From Nageia nagi (lineage: Eukaryota; Plantae; Pinophyta): a DNA stretch of 64,000 nt. The notes under the pieces are model-generated. The model worked only from the letters and a program-made list of their open reading frames with translations, did no database searches and was not told the DNA's origin. Every line of letters starts with the position of its first letter. Position 1 is the first letter of the stretch. Below, in pieces: positions 12,948 to 23,480 of this stretch. The translations under genes were made by a program, and so were the position numbers. The DNA lies in NCBI GenBank assembly GCA_050084985.1, contig JBITNC010000001.1, positions 165,540,001 to 165,604,000 of the forward strand. Direction: 5' to 3'.

Positions 12948-14099
12948 ATCAACACACACTTGCTCAGACAAAGTGATTAATGTATACCTATATACAAATG
13001 CAATATAAAATAACAAAAATCCATAATGCAAATAACAATGATTATATCAAATTATGCTCTTACTATTAGACTCCTTGTGTTCTTTTTTTGTTGTTAGACC
13101 TTTTTTGGTATGCAAAAACGTTTATTTATAACCAATGAAGTTTGTTGAAATTACATTACCTGGCATGGATTTGTGGGGTATGCTACGGATTAGGAAGTGG
13201 GCTTATCCAGAATCGGCCAATGCACTTTGTGAGTCACCATGCCAAATCACTTTTTTGTTTTGTTTTTACATAAATTAGAGTTGTTGGCATTCGATCGTGG
13301 TCAATCATCTGCGATCCGATCAAAGTCCTAGTTAATCGTCCGTGACTGTGTAAAGGGACCCATTTTAGGTATTTACATTTTGCCCATTTTTCAACTATCT
13401 TTTGACAAGGCGGAAGATAGTTCAAAAATATTTGAAGTAGGTCAACGAGTTTTGCGCAAACATTTTAACCCGCAGCTTTTAAGTATGATACTATTCTCAA
13501 GCGGTTTATTTTTAGTGTAAAGACAAATTTAATTACCTTAGCCACGATTAAACATGGTTCTCTTATCTTTGCAATTGATGTGTTTTGAAAAAAGTTGTGT
13601 TATACACCAAATTGGTATTTAGGCTTGTCTACAATGTCGTTATCATGAGTGTATTGTTTTCAAAGGCAAATCCTATATGTATATACAAATTTGATTTTAA
13701 TTATTCTGCTATTGCCCCAACAAGACGGTTCCGTGATGATCTTTCGCAAAAAGTCATAGGAATCATGTCTATTCAAACTTGTGGTTCTTAAATTAACCAA
13801 CTATTTGAATGAACCATATCGAACAAATTTTGAATGTCAAAACGACAAACAACAAGAGGCAATTTTTTGAAAAAAATTAGGTGTCTGATTGGATTGTCAA
13901 TATTTGTGCAAGATTGTCAACGTTTGTGTATGATTGTCGGCGATTTAATAGGATCGACGATTCTAATTCGAACGTCAACGATCGCTTACGAGGGTTTTTA
14001 TACAAAAAAGCCAAGCGTTATTTTCATTTTCACCTCTCATCATTGACTTCTGTCCAGAGGCATTTTCTCATTTTGTCATTGTTGTGCTACGTGTCGCTG

Positions 14100-14900
14100 A
14101 CCAACAAACGTGAGCAGAGTTATAGTCAATGGGTCCAGATGCCACCTAGGAGGGTACAAAACAAGAGAGTTAGGCCCATTACGTCAGAGGTATATGCTTG
14201 GGCGGTCTCGATCATTATTAAACCAAGCACTTGGAGATGGTCAAAGCTTACAGGCAAAGATCCAACAGCTTCGTCAATTTGAGGATGACTGTCTATGATA
14301 TCCAGTGGAGAGGGATTGATATCGTAGAGAGAAAGATACTGCACAAGATACAATGAGGTCTTTAAAGCAATAGATAGTTGCTCAGGTGGTAGCAGATGGA
14401 GCACAGGCACCTCCGACAGCTTTCATCAGGGAGATTGCTAGAGAGAGATTATTATTGTGGCATGGTGGAAGAACGACTCGCAGGTTTTCTTCCTTATCAA
14501 GCAGGACATGACTTTCCTTTACCACTTCCAAGTTATAGATCTCCAGCCATTCCATCACAAGTTTGACCCGTAGCAGTGGTACTCATGTAGGATCTAGTAT
14601 GCAGGTCGGGAGACATCATACTAATTCTAGGATTTTTGCAATGACTTCATTTCAATGACGGTCGACCGCTTAAGAGCTACAGGCTGCAACTCGAGAGAGG
14701 AGTATTGGAGAGGTAAGAGATTCATGGCGATTACGAGGACATGGTGGATTGGCAGGAGAGGAGATAGGGACCATTGTTCTTGGAGCAGCAAGACCTTCAA
14801 GTTCCAGGCTCTCCATTTTTAGAGCGACTAGGTGTTCGTTTTACTAGTCCTAGTCCTAGAGGTGGAGAGTCACAGGGAGATGCTCCGAGTGATCGTACTA
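14100..14900 (+). pseudogene. Degraded ORF antisense to the host retroelement
   Basis: RYMLGRSRSLLNQALGDGQSLQAKIQQLRQFEDDCL*YPVERD aligns with the ORF at 58377-58625. Confidence 0.5.
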
Positions 14901-15144
14901 GTTAGCATATTGATTATGACTCTTATGTTTACATTATGTTATTATGATGTATGATGATATTGTATTTCAAGGACTTTGTTATTTTTTTGATACATACATG
15001 ATATGGGACTTTCTTATGTTATGATTATTTGATGTGTATGTTTTTAATTTATGTATGTATTTAGCCTTGTTACTACGTTTATGATATGATAAATGCATTT
15101 GATTTATGTATATGTTTAATTTCATTATCATGATATTTATGGTG

Positions 15145-16785
15145 ATTGTCTATTGATAGAGTAGATGTATATGATCTGATTTAATTTCATGTATGGGTTT
15201 ATAATGAATGTATGGGTTTAATGTACATGGTTATTTATATTTGATGATTTTGGATAATGGTTTGTCATATATAAGATTTATGATTGATGATGATAATTAC
15301 AATTGATATGTAAATATTTATATGATGATATGAAATTATTTTAATAATTAATTAATTAGTAATTAATTATGAAACATCATTTAGACATTTAAAGATATGA
15401 ATCCTTTTAAATGATGTATAGACAACATTCTAGTTTAAAAAATTTGAAATCAAATATCATCATTTTTTGAACTTGCCTATTTTTATAAACATTTTGTAGA
15501 TAGGAATAAGACTTATCGCAAATGAAATATAGGTTGCTGGAAAGAACAATTACTCATTCTTTTTTCCAAAAATGTGAAAGCACCTCGAATTTAACAACCC
15601 GTAAGACAAGTGGATGGTTAGGTATGAGATAAACAAGATGTGACAAATGTGTGTAAATAAAGAATAGGTGTTTCTATATAGGATCTATTGAGTTCTTAGA
15701 GATATAAACTAATTAATTCACCAAAGAATAATAAATATAAATGTGATGTTAATCAAGATGTACTATTGCATAGTATGAAATGAAGGTGATTGTATATTGA
15801 TAGAGTAGATGTATATGATCTGATTTAATTTCATGTCTTGGTTTATAATGAATGTTAGTGGATATTACTTTCTAAAGTACATGGTTATTTATATTTGATG
15901 ATTTTGGATAACGGTTTTGTAACTTTTGTTATATATAAGATTTATGATTGGTGATGATAATTACATTTGATGTGTAAGCATTTATATGATGATATGGAAT
16001 GATTTAAATAATTAATTAATTAGTAATTAATTTAGTGTAAATGTATAAAACATCATTTAGACATATTAAGATATAAATCCTTTTAAATGATGTATGGACA
16101 ACATTTTATTTTAAAATTTTCAAAATCAGATATCATCATTTTCCGAACTTGGCTATTTTTATAAACATTTTGTAAATAAGAATGACTTATCACAAATGAA
16201 ATGTAGGTTGATGGTAATGAATGTAATAAGAAGAACATTGACTTCCATTTCAAAAGGAAGAACAATTGCTTTTTCTTGATCCTAGAGAATAATAGAAGCT
16301 ATATAATTTAACAATGTTCTAAGGAGGGGAAATGAATGAAATTTGGTAGGGAAAGAACACTAACTTCCAATTTGATGGGAAGAACAAATTCTTATTCTCA
16401 ATCCCAAAAAATGATGGAAGCTATAAAATCTAAGAATGTTCTAGGGTTGACTCATGTTAATTTACAAGGACCAGTTTCTTGCTCAATCTTGTATATAAGA
16501 AAATAAGCAAGAGGTTTTAACAACAGTAGTGTTGGTTTCCATATTGATGGGAAGAACAATTACTCATTCTTTTTCCAAAAAATGTGGAAGCACCTCGAAT
16601 TTAACAACCCATAAGACAAGTGGATGGTTGGGTATGGGATAAACAAGGTGTAACAAATGTACAAATATAGGTAATGTATGTAAGTAAAGAATAGGTGTGT
16701 ATATACAAGATGTATTGAGTACTTAGATACACTAATTAATTCATCAAGGCATTAATAAATATAAATGTGATGTTAATTAAATGAA
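15145..16785. repeat. Imperfect tandem duplication (~640-bp unit); the second copy is expanded by ~120-bp subrepeats
   Basis: TTGATAGAGTAGATGTATATGATCTGATTTAATTTCATG..AAATATAAATGTGATGTTAAT starts at ~15153 and ~15798. GAAGAACAA..CT..TTCT units recur at 16230-16570. Confidence 0.85.
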
Positions 16786-17495
16786 GGTATGGGATAACAA
16801 CGAAATGTAATGACCAAAATATTCAAGTTGACTTTATTAACCAATTCTTATTAGATTTTCTCAGCTTAAGATGATATGAAACCTTAGGAGTGGCATTGGA
16901 GCATCTTGGAGACTTTCAGCTTTCAACATATTCAAGCAATTCTTCTTCTTGCAAATATGAGTTAGGGATTTGCCCTTCTTTTCCTTCTTTGGCCTAGGGA
17001 TACGCCCAACAACCATAGAAGTTTGCACTTGAATAATTGTGAGATATTTTGGACTTCTTACCTTATATTTTGGATGCCCTAGCACTTGTTACAAAAAGTT
17101 ATAGTCTTGTTACAAAATTGCAACCATATTATCTTGCATATTTTAAGATTTTGGTTACATATTTTATTCTTTGTATGATAGGCACTTAAACGAATGGTTC
17201 TCTTGTCTCATTAATGTGTTTTGATGATCGTGATACTGTTGTTACCAAATCAGATTTTTGTTACAAATACTAAAGGCTAAAAGTTATATGATTATTTGGA
17301 TTTGAAGTTAAATATTGAAGTATTACAGATCTGAGTTTATGCTCTAATTTGTTGGAAAAATATTTGGGATATTTCAATGGTATCAAAGCTAATTGTCTTC
17401 TAGCCTATGAAGGAATGATTCAACTATATACCTAGGGGAATACCTAGGGTTTGTGCTTCAATTTTGTTGAAGTTAATACCCAAGGTTTTTGGATC

Positions 17496-17808
17496 ATGAC
17501 ATCATTGGGAGGAAGCGAGTTGGTCGAAAGGCTTACTAATGTAGAAGGCAAACTTGGACTTATATTTCGACGAAAAAATGCCCTCCTCACATTAGGAGAA
17601 ATAGAAGATTGTTTGCACATGATGGATCCATCACATTCTCAAGTAGCTATGACTTATGAGGTGATATCCTTGGGCAAGCCTAGATGGTTGAGACACACTA
17701 ATATGCAGGTAAGAATCATGGTTCTTTTTAGAGTGAGATTTTAAGAATTTCAACACCTAAAGCACTTTATGATGATGACACGTTGAAATAATAATTCAGC
17801 TATTAATT
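17496..17808 (+). pseudogene. PDS5: Captured PDS5 (sister chromatid cohesion protein) N-terminus, part 1
   Basis: ELVERLTNVEGKL..KNALLTLGEIEDCLHMMDPS..SLGKPRWLRHTNMQVRIMV/SEILRISTPKALYDDDTLK/IIQLLI matches the plant PDS5 pattern LKEVGSKL..KDALVKLL...CLAELDQS..KPELLKHQDRDVKLLV..EITRITAPEAPYSDDVLKDIFQLI. Two frameshifts. Confidence 0.85.
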
Positions 17809-20800
17809 TGTGACGATTTAAAATCACTCTCAATACAAACAACTCTAACTATGCAACTTAAACCCTTGACAAATAAAGCTAGCACACCTACGTTGGGCCC
17901 CTAGGGCACCCCTCCACCCCACAATGCAGATGTGAGCCTCCCAAGGCCTCCACACAACCCCTACACCTTGACGTTAGCCCTTTAGGACATAGTAACACTT
18001 GGCACCTCAACGAATGCCTCACAGATATGAACACAACACAATGGAGCTTCCAACACCAGTATACAAGAGACAACACATACACATCAATGAACAACACGAT
18101 GTATTTAATTATGGAATGGAGGTGGAATACAATGAGGATCTCAACATCCAAATCTAGGGTTCCAAACCCTTGTACAAGCCGAACACCACAGGAAAGACTA
18201 ACTCCCTCAGACTCTGAACCCTCTCCTGCAAAGGAGCCTCCTCGAACCCTGGCTAACCACTAAAGGTAGAAGCTCGCCCTTAGAATACCACCAGATGGTA
18301 AGTCATAGAGTGCCAGGCTCCCAACCTTGTCACCCCTTTGGACACTGCCTAGGAAGAATGCTCAACACCGCCAAGACTTGCAAGCCCGATCGGGTTCAAT
18401 GTAATATAAGTATAATCAATAGTTAACCTCGTCATGGAGCTCCATCCTCAATATATAGCCTCCCGTGTCTATCCACCATGCCTCGATATCATCCCAAGCC
18501 AAGTCTATTCCAACGTTGGGGTCAACAGGTCAACCATGCCAACGTGGAGTCATATTGACTTAGTATGTTGTGGGGGTCCCATGGGCCTAGAACATGGGGG
18601 TCATATAGGCCCTCAAGGCTGATGTGGGGTTTGATGGGCCTCTCAAGGGTGACGTGGGGTCTAGGTGACCTCATAAGCTAGCGTGGCGTATGTGGGGCCC
18701 TCCCAACACTACTATGCTCCTCCATGCATTCTGGCCTACGCAAGACTCATACCTATCTAGGGATTCCCACAATCCAGGATAACTGAATACAAACTAACAC
18801 AACACTACTCAAGGGGAGACGTCCCATTATTGGGCTCATAATGGGGTCCACAGACCATAAGCTCTTGCTTGAGTTACACATGTACAACATGACAATGAAC
18901 AAACACTAGATTACAAAGTGACCATGAAACAATTTGTCAACGGTCCAAATGGGACATCACAAAGCCTCCCCTCTCGAATTGCTTGCCCTCAAGCAATGGT
19001 AGGAGATAGCTATGCACCATCTTCCAAGAATCCCTTGGTGTCTTCAACCGTAGCACACCTCTTTGGGAAACCATCCCTATCTCAAATCCCTTTGTATGTA
19101 ATGGGTCTTCAGCGTTGGATAACTCAATCATCTCTGAACTCATGAAGCATCCATGACCACCTCTCCTCAATATATATTCATGGATGAATCTCTTCAGCCA
19201 TGGACCTGAGTGTACTCCCACACTTAGTTGCACCTGCAATGTCCTGCAAAAGATGATTATCAACACAAAATGTATTAGACCTAGGCCCCTCTCAGGATTG
19301 ATGCTGATCCCCTCATTGAGTAATCTCCCAATCTGCAACGTGGGGTTTCAGAACTCTCGGATAACATGCATAGGCACTCCTGCCTCCCCAAGGTTCAACG
19401 TGGAATTCCCTCCTTGGTACCCAACAGAGCTCCCTCCAGTGTCAGCATATCCAACGTGGAGTCCTAATCTCCTTGGACACCCAATGTGACATCCCCGGAT
19501 GGCCTCCCTCCCAACATGAGGCTCCAACCTCCCTAGCTACCAAACATGGTACTCCAACCTTCCTAGCCCTATCCAAGCTCAACGAGGTCCTCCTGGTATC
19601 ATCCTATCCCGGCTCCACAAATTCTAGCCAGTTGTTGGTTATCTGCATGTCCTCCTCTTACAGCCCCTATAGTGTGTACTCCACTCCATCCATCTCAAAC
19701 CTCATAGTAAGGCTTTGGTAGTTAGTGTGAATGTCACCCACCTCGAACAACCACTATAACCCTAAAATGACATGCGGGTGCCCCATGAGTGGATACAGGT
19801 ATAAGTTCCCCCTTACCACACAACCTTGTAGCTTAATCCCCACTCTCTCCACAACCTGATCCACCAATGTCAACTTGCCATTAGCATTCAAAACTCGGAA
19901 GCCCTCAAAACCCTTGGTCTTCAAGTCCTTCCTCTCTACGAAATTGATGTCAATAAAATTGTGTGATGCCCTCGAATCTATCATCACCATGACATCCTAA
20001 CCGCAAGCTTGACCAATCAGCTTCAGCATTAGAACTTCTTTACCCCATGAAGTGAAGCTACCATGCTACCCAATGTGCCCTCTGCATGCAGCAACTACGA
20101 GTCCTCCTCCTCCTCATTTAGGTCCAACTTTGACTCTTCGAAGTTATCCTCAGGAGGCACCTCGATGTGGTGTATTTGTCCTTTACCTATGCAACAATGT
20201 CCTGGCTCCCACTTCTTCTTGCAATGGAAGCACTTACCCTCTTGTCTTAGCTTCTTCCTAGCAGTAGCATCCAATTGATCCGATCCAGGTATGGGGGTTG
20301 CCTTGGCCTTGCTAGGCCCTTCCCACATCCGTCGACTTGGTGGTGCCTTGTTGGCCGATCCTCCCCCAAGGGATTTCATAGTAGGCTCCAAGTCATATGT
20401 CGCTCGAATGGCATCATCTAAGGTCATGGGATATGAAACCTTGACCATCCCCTCAACGGTTCGACCAACCCCTCAATGAACATGAATGTCAATCTCTCCT
20501 CAGGAATGTCATGGATCATTATAGCCAGCTTTTGAAATTCCATCACAAACTCATCCATTGTCTCTTTCTGCCTCAAAGAGTTCAGATCTCGGAAGTAGTC
20601 ATTCTGCTTCTTCCGATCGAACGTCTTCACCAACCTCCTAATGAACTCCTCAAACGTGGTGATGTGAGCATAGCCTTGACTCACCATGCCATGCTGCCAC
20701 CACTCCAATGCATGTCCTTCCAGATGTAGAGATGCAAAATTGATGGCTTCCTCCATCATGCTAGGGTTTAAAACGAAGTATGTCTGCAATTGGTGCACCC

Positions 20801-23145
20801 AAGCTCTTGCCTTCATCTTCTTGGCGTCAAACATGGGCACTTGCATCTTACCAATCTTGTGTTGTAGCTCTCTTTTTTCGTCCCACTACCCTCCTGACTG
20901 ACATTGGCCATGTGAGCCACCCTTCAACCCTAGTAGCTCTAGATACCTATTGAAATTGATGTCTCGCCTCACATCCGGATGCAACAGGTTGTAATCTCTA
21001 TGATGCTTGTTCAATTCTAGCGGACTCGACACCCTTGCCCTCGAGTCCTCTCCTCCTTTAGACACAAACATGGGCTTGTTCGATCTAGGAATGATCGGTT
21101 GATCATCCCTTCCTCCAACGTAGGCCTCCAAGTAGCGCTTGAGAGGGGGGCTTTCCTACTGAGGCATACGTTGTGACTAGGATCTCCGGAATTGTGGTAC
21201 GAATTGCTCCCTGGATCCTCGGATGGAATCCTTATCCCTCAAGCTCCTAGATCTCCTCAACGAATGCTCACCATATGTCTGATCTCCCTCCGAAGACTCT
21301 TCGGAGTCATTCTCATCCAGACATGGGGGTGGGGTGGCTTCTTTGGCATGACATGGGGTGGCTTCTTTGGCATGACGTGGGGTCCTAAAACCCTCATTTC
21401 CCTGGCGTGACCCCTCTTGGCCTTCATCATGCTAACGTGGGCCTTCTTGGCCTCTACTATCACCTTGTGCGGCTCAAAAACCCCTCTAGGAATGGAGTAG
21501 ATCTGGATCTTCATTATCCTCCCCTCGTGGACCTACACCCTCGTCCTTGGTCCTTTGTCCATGCCTTCTCCTATTTAAGTCATGTCAGGAAGGTTCTGGA
21601 TCATTTTGGACATGGCGCCTTATTCTCAGCTCTTCTCTTCCTTGTCGTCTCTGTCGATCTCCTTCCTCTTCTTCGCCCCAATACCGATCCATTCTTTGCT
21701 CCAAGGATCGCATGGTTCCTATCATGCTGTGCAACACTAAGATAAAAGCCCTTAACTCTTGTTTGGGTGTGCCATCCTTATTTCTCCTCCTCTCAATTAG
21801 GGGATTCTCCAATGCAGCTCCCTCACATTCCCTCTCTGAGATCTCTGTCTCCTCTTTAATCCAATGTCTAGGCCCTTCTTCTTGGCAACCATCTTCGAAC
21901 CTCCCTCCCTTCTTGGCGGAAGAAATCTCTCTTACTGGATCTCGTGTAATAGCGGTGAACCTTGGGTCTCATACAATAGGCTAGCAAGATCTAGGCTCTG
22001 ATACCACTTGTGACTATCTAGAATCACTCTCACTACAAACGACTCCAACTATGCAACTTAAACCCTTGACAAATGAAGCTAAAACACCTAAGTTGGGCCC
22101 CTAGGGCACCCCTATACCCCACAATGCAGATGTGAGCGTCCCATGGCCTCCACGCAACTCCTACACCCTGATGTCAGCCCTTTAAGGCACACAGTAACAC
22201 TTGGCACCTCAACGAATGCCTCACAAATATGAACACAACACAATGGAGCTTCCAACACCAGTATACAAGAGACAACACATACACATCAAGGAACAACACA
22301 ATGATGAGAGACAATGATTTATTTTATTATGGAATGGAGGTGGAATACAATGAGGATCTCAACATCCAGATCTAGGATTCCAAACCATTGTACAAGCCGA
22401 ACACCACAGAAAAGACTAACTCCCTCAAACTTCAAATCCTCTCCTGTGAAGGAGCCTCCTTGAACCCTGGCTAACCATTGAAGGTAGAAGCTCGCCCTCG
22501 GAATACCATCGGATGGACTAGGTGACCCACCTAAGTCGTAGAGTGCTAGGCTTCCAACCCTATCACTCCTTTAAACACTGCCTAGGAAGAATGCTCGACA
22601 CTGCCAAGACTTGCAAGCCTGATCAAGTTCAGTGTAATAGAAGTATAATCAATAGTTAACCTCATCATGGAGCTCCATCCTCAATATATAGCCTCCCATG
22701 TCTATCCACCATGCCTCGATATCATCCCAAGCCAAGTCTATTCCAACGTTGGGGTCAACAGGTTAACTATGCCAACGTGGGAGTCATATTAGCCCAGTAT
22801 GCTAATGTGGGAGTCCCATGGGCCCAGTGTGTCAAACTGGGGGTCATAAAGGCCCTCAAGGCTGACGTGGAGTCTAGGTGGCCTCATAAGCCAACGTGGG
22901 GTATATGGAGCCCTCCCAACACTGCAAGACTCATACCTATCTAGGGATTCCCACAATTCAGGATAACCCAATACAAACTAACACAACACTACTCAAGGGG
23001 AGACATCCCATTACTAGGCTCAAAGTGGGATCCACAAACCATAAGCTCCTGTTTGAGTTGCATATGTATAACAAGACAATGAACAAACACTAGATTACAA
23101 AGTGACCATGACACAATTTGTCAATGGTCCAAATGGGACGTCACA
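17809..23145 (-). mobile_element. Complete gag-protease-only (TR-GAG-like) Gypsy-derived element nested in the PDS5 copy
   Basis: LTRs 17809-18961 and 22009-23145 (TGTGAC..TCACA). 5-bp TSD TAATT (17804-17808 / 23146-23150). PBS (rc GCTCTGATACCA) at 21995-22006, PPT (rc) at 18962-18975. The ~3-kb interior has gag and PR but no RT/RH/IN. Confidence 0.92.
19660..21972 (-). pseudogene. gag: Decayed gag (capsid plus zinc knuckle) and aspartic protease
   Basis: Retrotrans_gag-like ARAWVHQLQTYF..FASLHLEGHALEWW..TFEEF..LRQKETMDEFVMEFQKL..FIEGL. Knuckle CFHCKKKWEPGHCC. Protease VMIDSRASHNFI..HVILGL. Confidence 0.85.
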
Positions 23146-23150
23146 TAATT

Positions 23151-23480
23151 GATAGTTTAAAGAGTTTGGGAGATGTCACAAGTTCTCATTTTTCTAGAAA
23201 GGTTGCCATACTTGAATCATTTGTCAAAACTAGAATAGGCAACATCTTGTTAGATTTGGGCATGAATGAGTTAATTTACGAAATGTTTCATCACTTCATT
23301 GCTTCAGCTAGGAAAAAACATAATGATAATGTTATCTCAGCCATGAGGGACATTATGATTTTGATCATAGATGAAAGTGATTATATTTACCAGCCACTCT
23401 TATCTATGTTAGTGGATGTTTGGAGGCAAGACTTGGTGTCCTCTACTACTACACATGAATTGGTTGGGCTGATGAAGAAC
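23151..23480 (+). pseudogene. PDS5: Captured PDS5 N-terminus, part 2 (resumes after the nested insertion)
   Basis: DSLKSLGDVTSSHFSRKVAILESFVKTRIGNILLDLGMNELIYEMFHHFIASARKKHNDNVISAMRDIMILIIDESDYIYQPLLSML matches plant PDS5 ..FGRRVVILETLAKYRSCVVMLDLECDDLVNEMF..F..ARDDHPESVLSSMQTIM..LLEESED..LL. Confidence 0.9.

Larger units (their letters stand above)
12956..16860 (-). mobile_element. 3' end of a minus-strand Tat/Ogre-like LTR element (partial 3' LTR 12956-13377, PPT, 3' internal region)
   Basis: On the minus strand, PPT-like GAAAAATGGGCAAAA is followed by TGTAAATACCTAAAATG, the same style as the LTR starts at 53926 (+) and 58088 (-). Minus-strand TATA at ~13125. Shares an antisense ORF with the 57-64 kb element. 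Confidence 0.6.

Noticed and set aside
16861-17085. Repeated small ORFs (also 26790-26993; 32389-32571 / 37869-38051; 18434-18622 / 22711-22944)
   Set aside because: They recur only because they lie in paired LTRs; no evidence of coding function.
17496-23480. A functional host PDS5 gene with a large intron
   Set aside because: The interruption is a TSD-flanked LTR element, not a GT-AG intron. The copy has frameshifts, covers only the N-terminus and lies between a PBS and a PPT.
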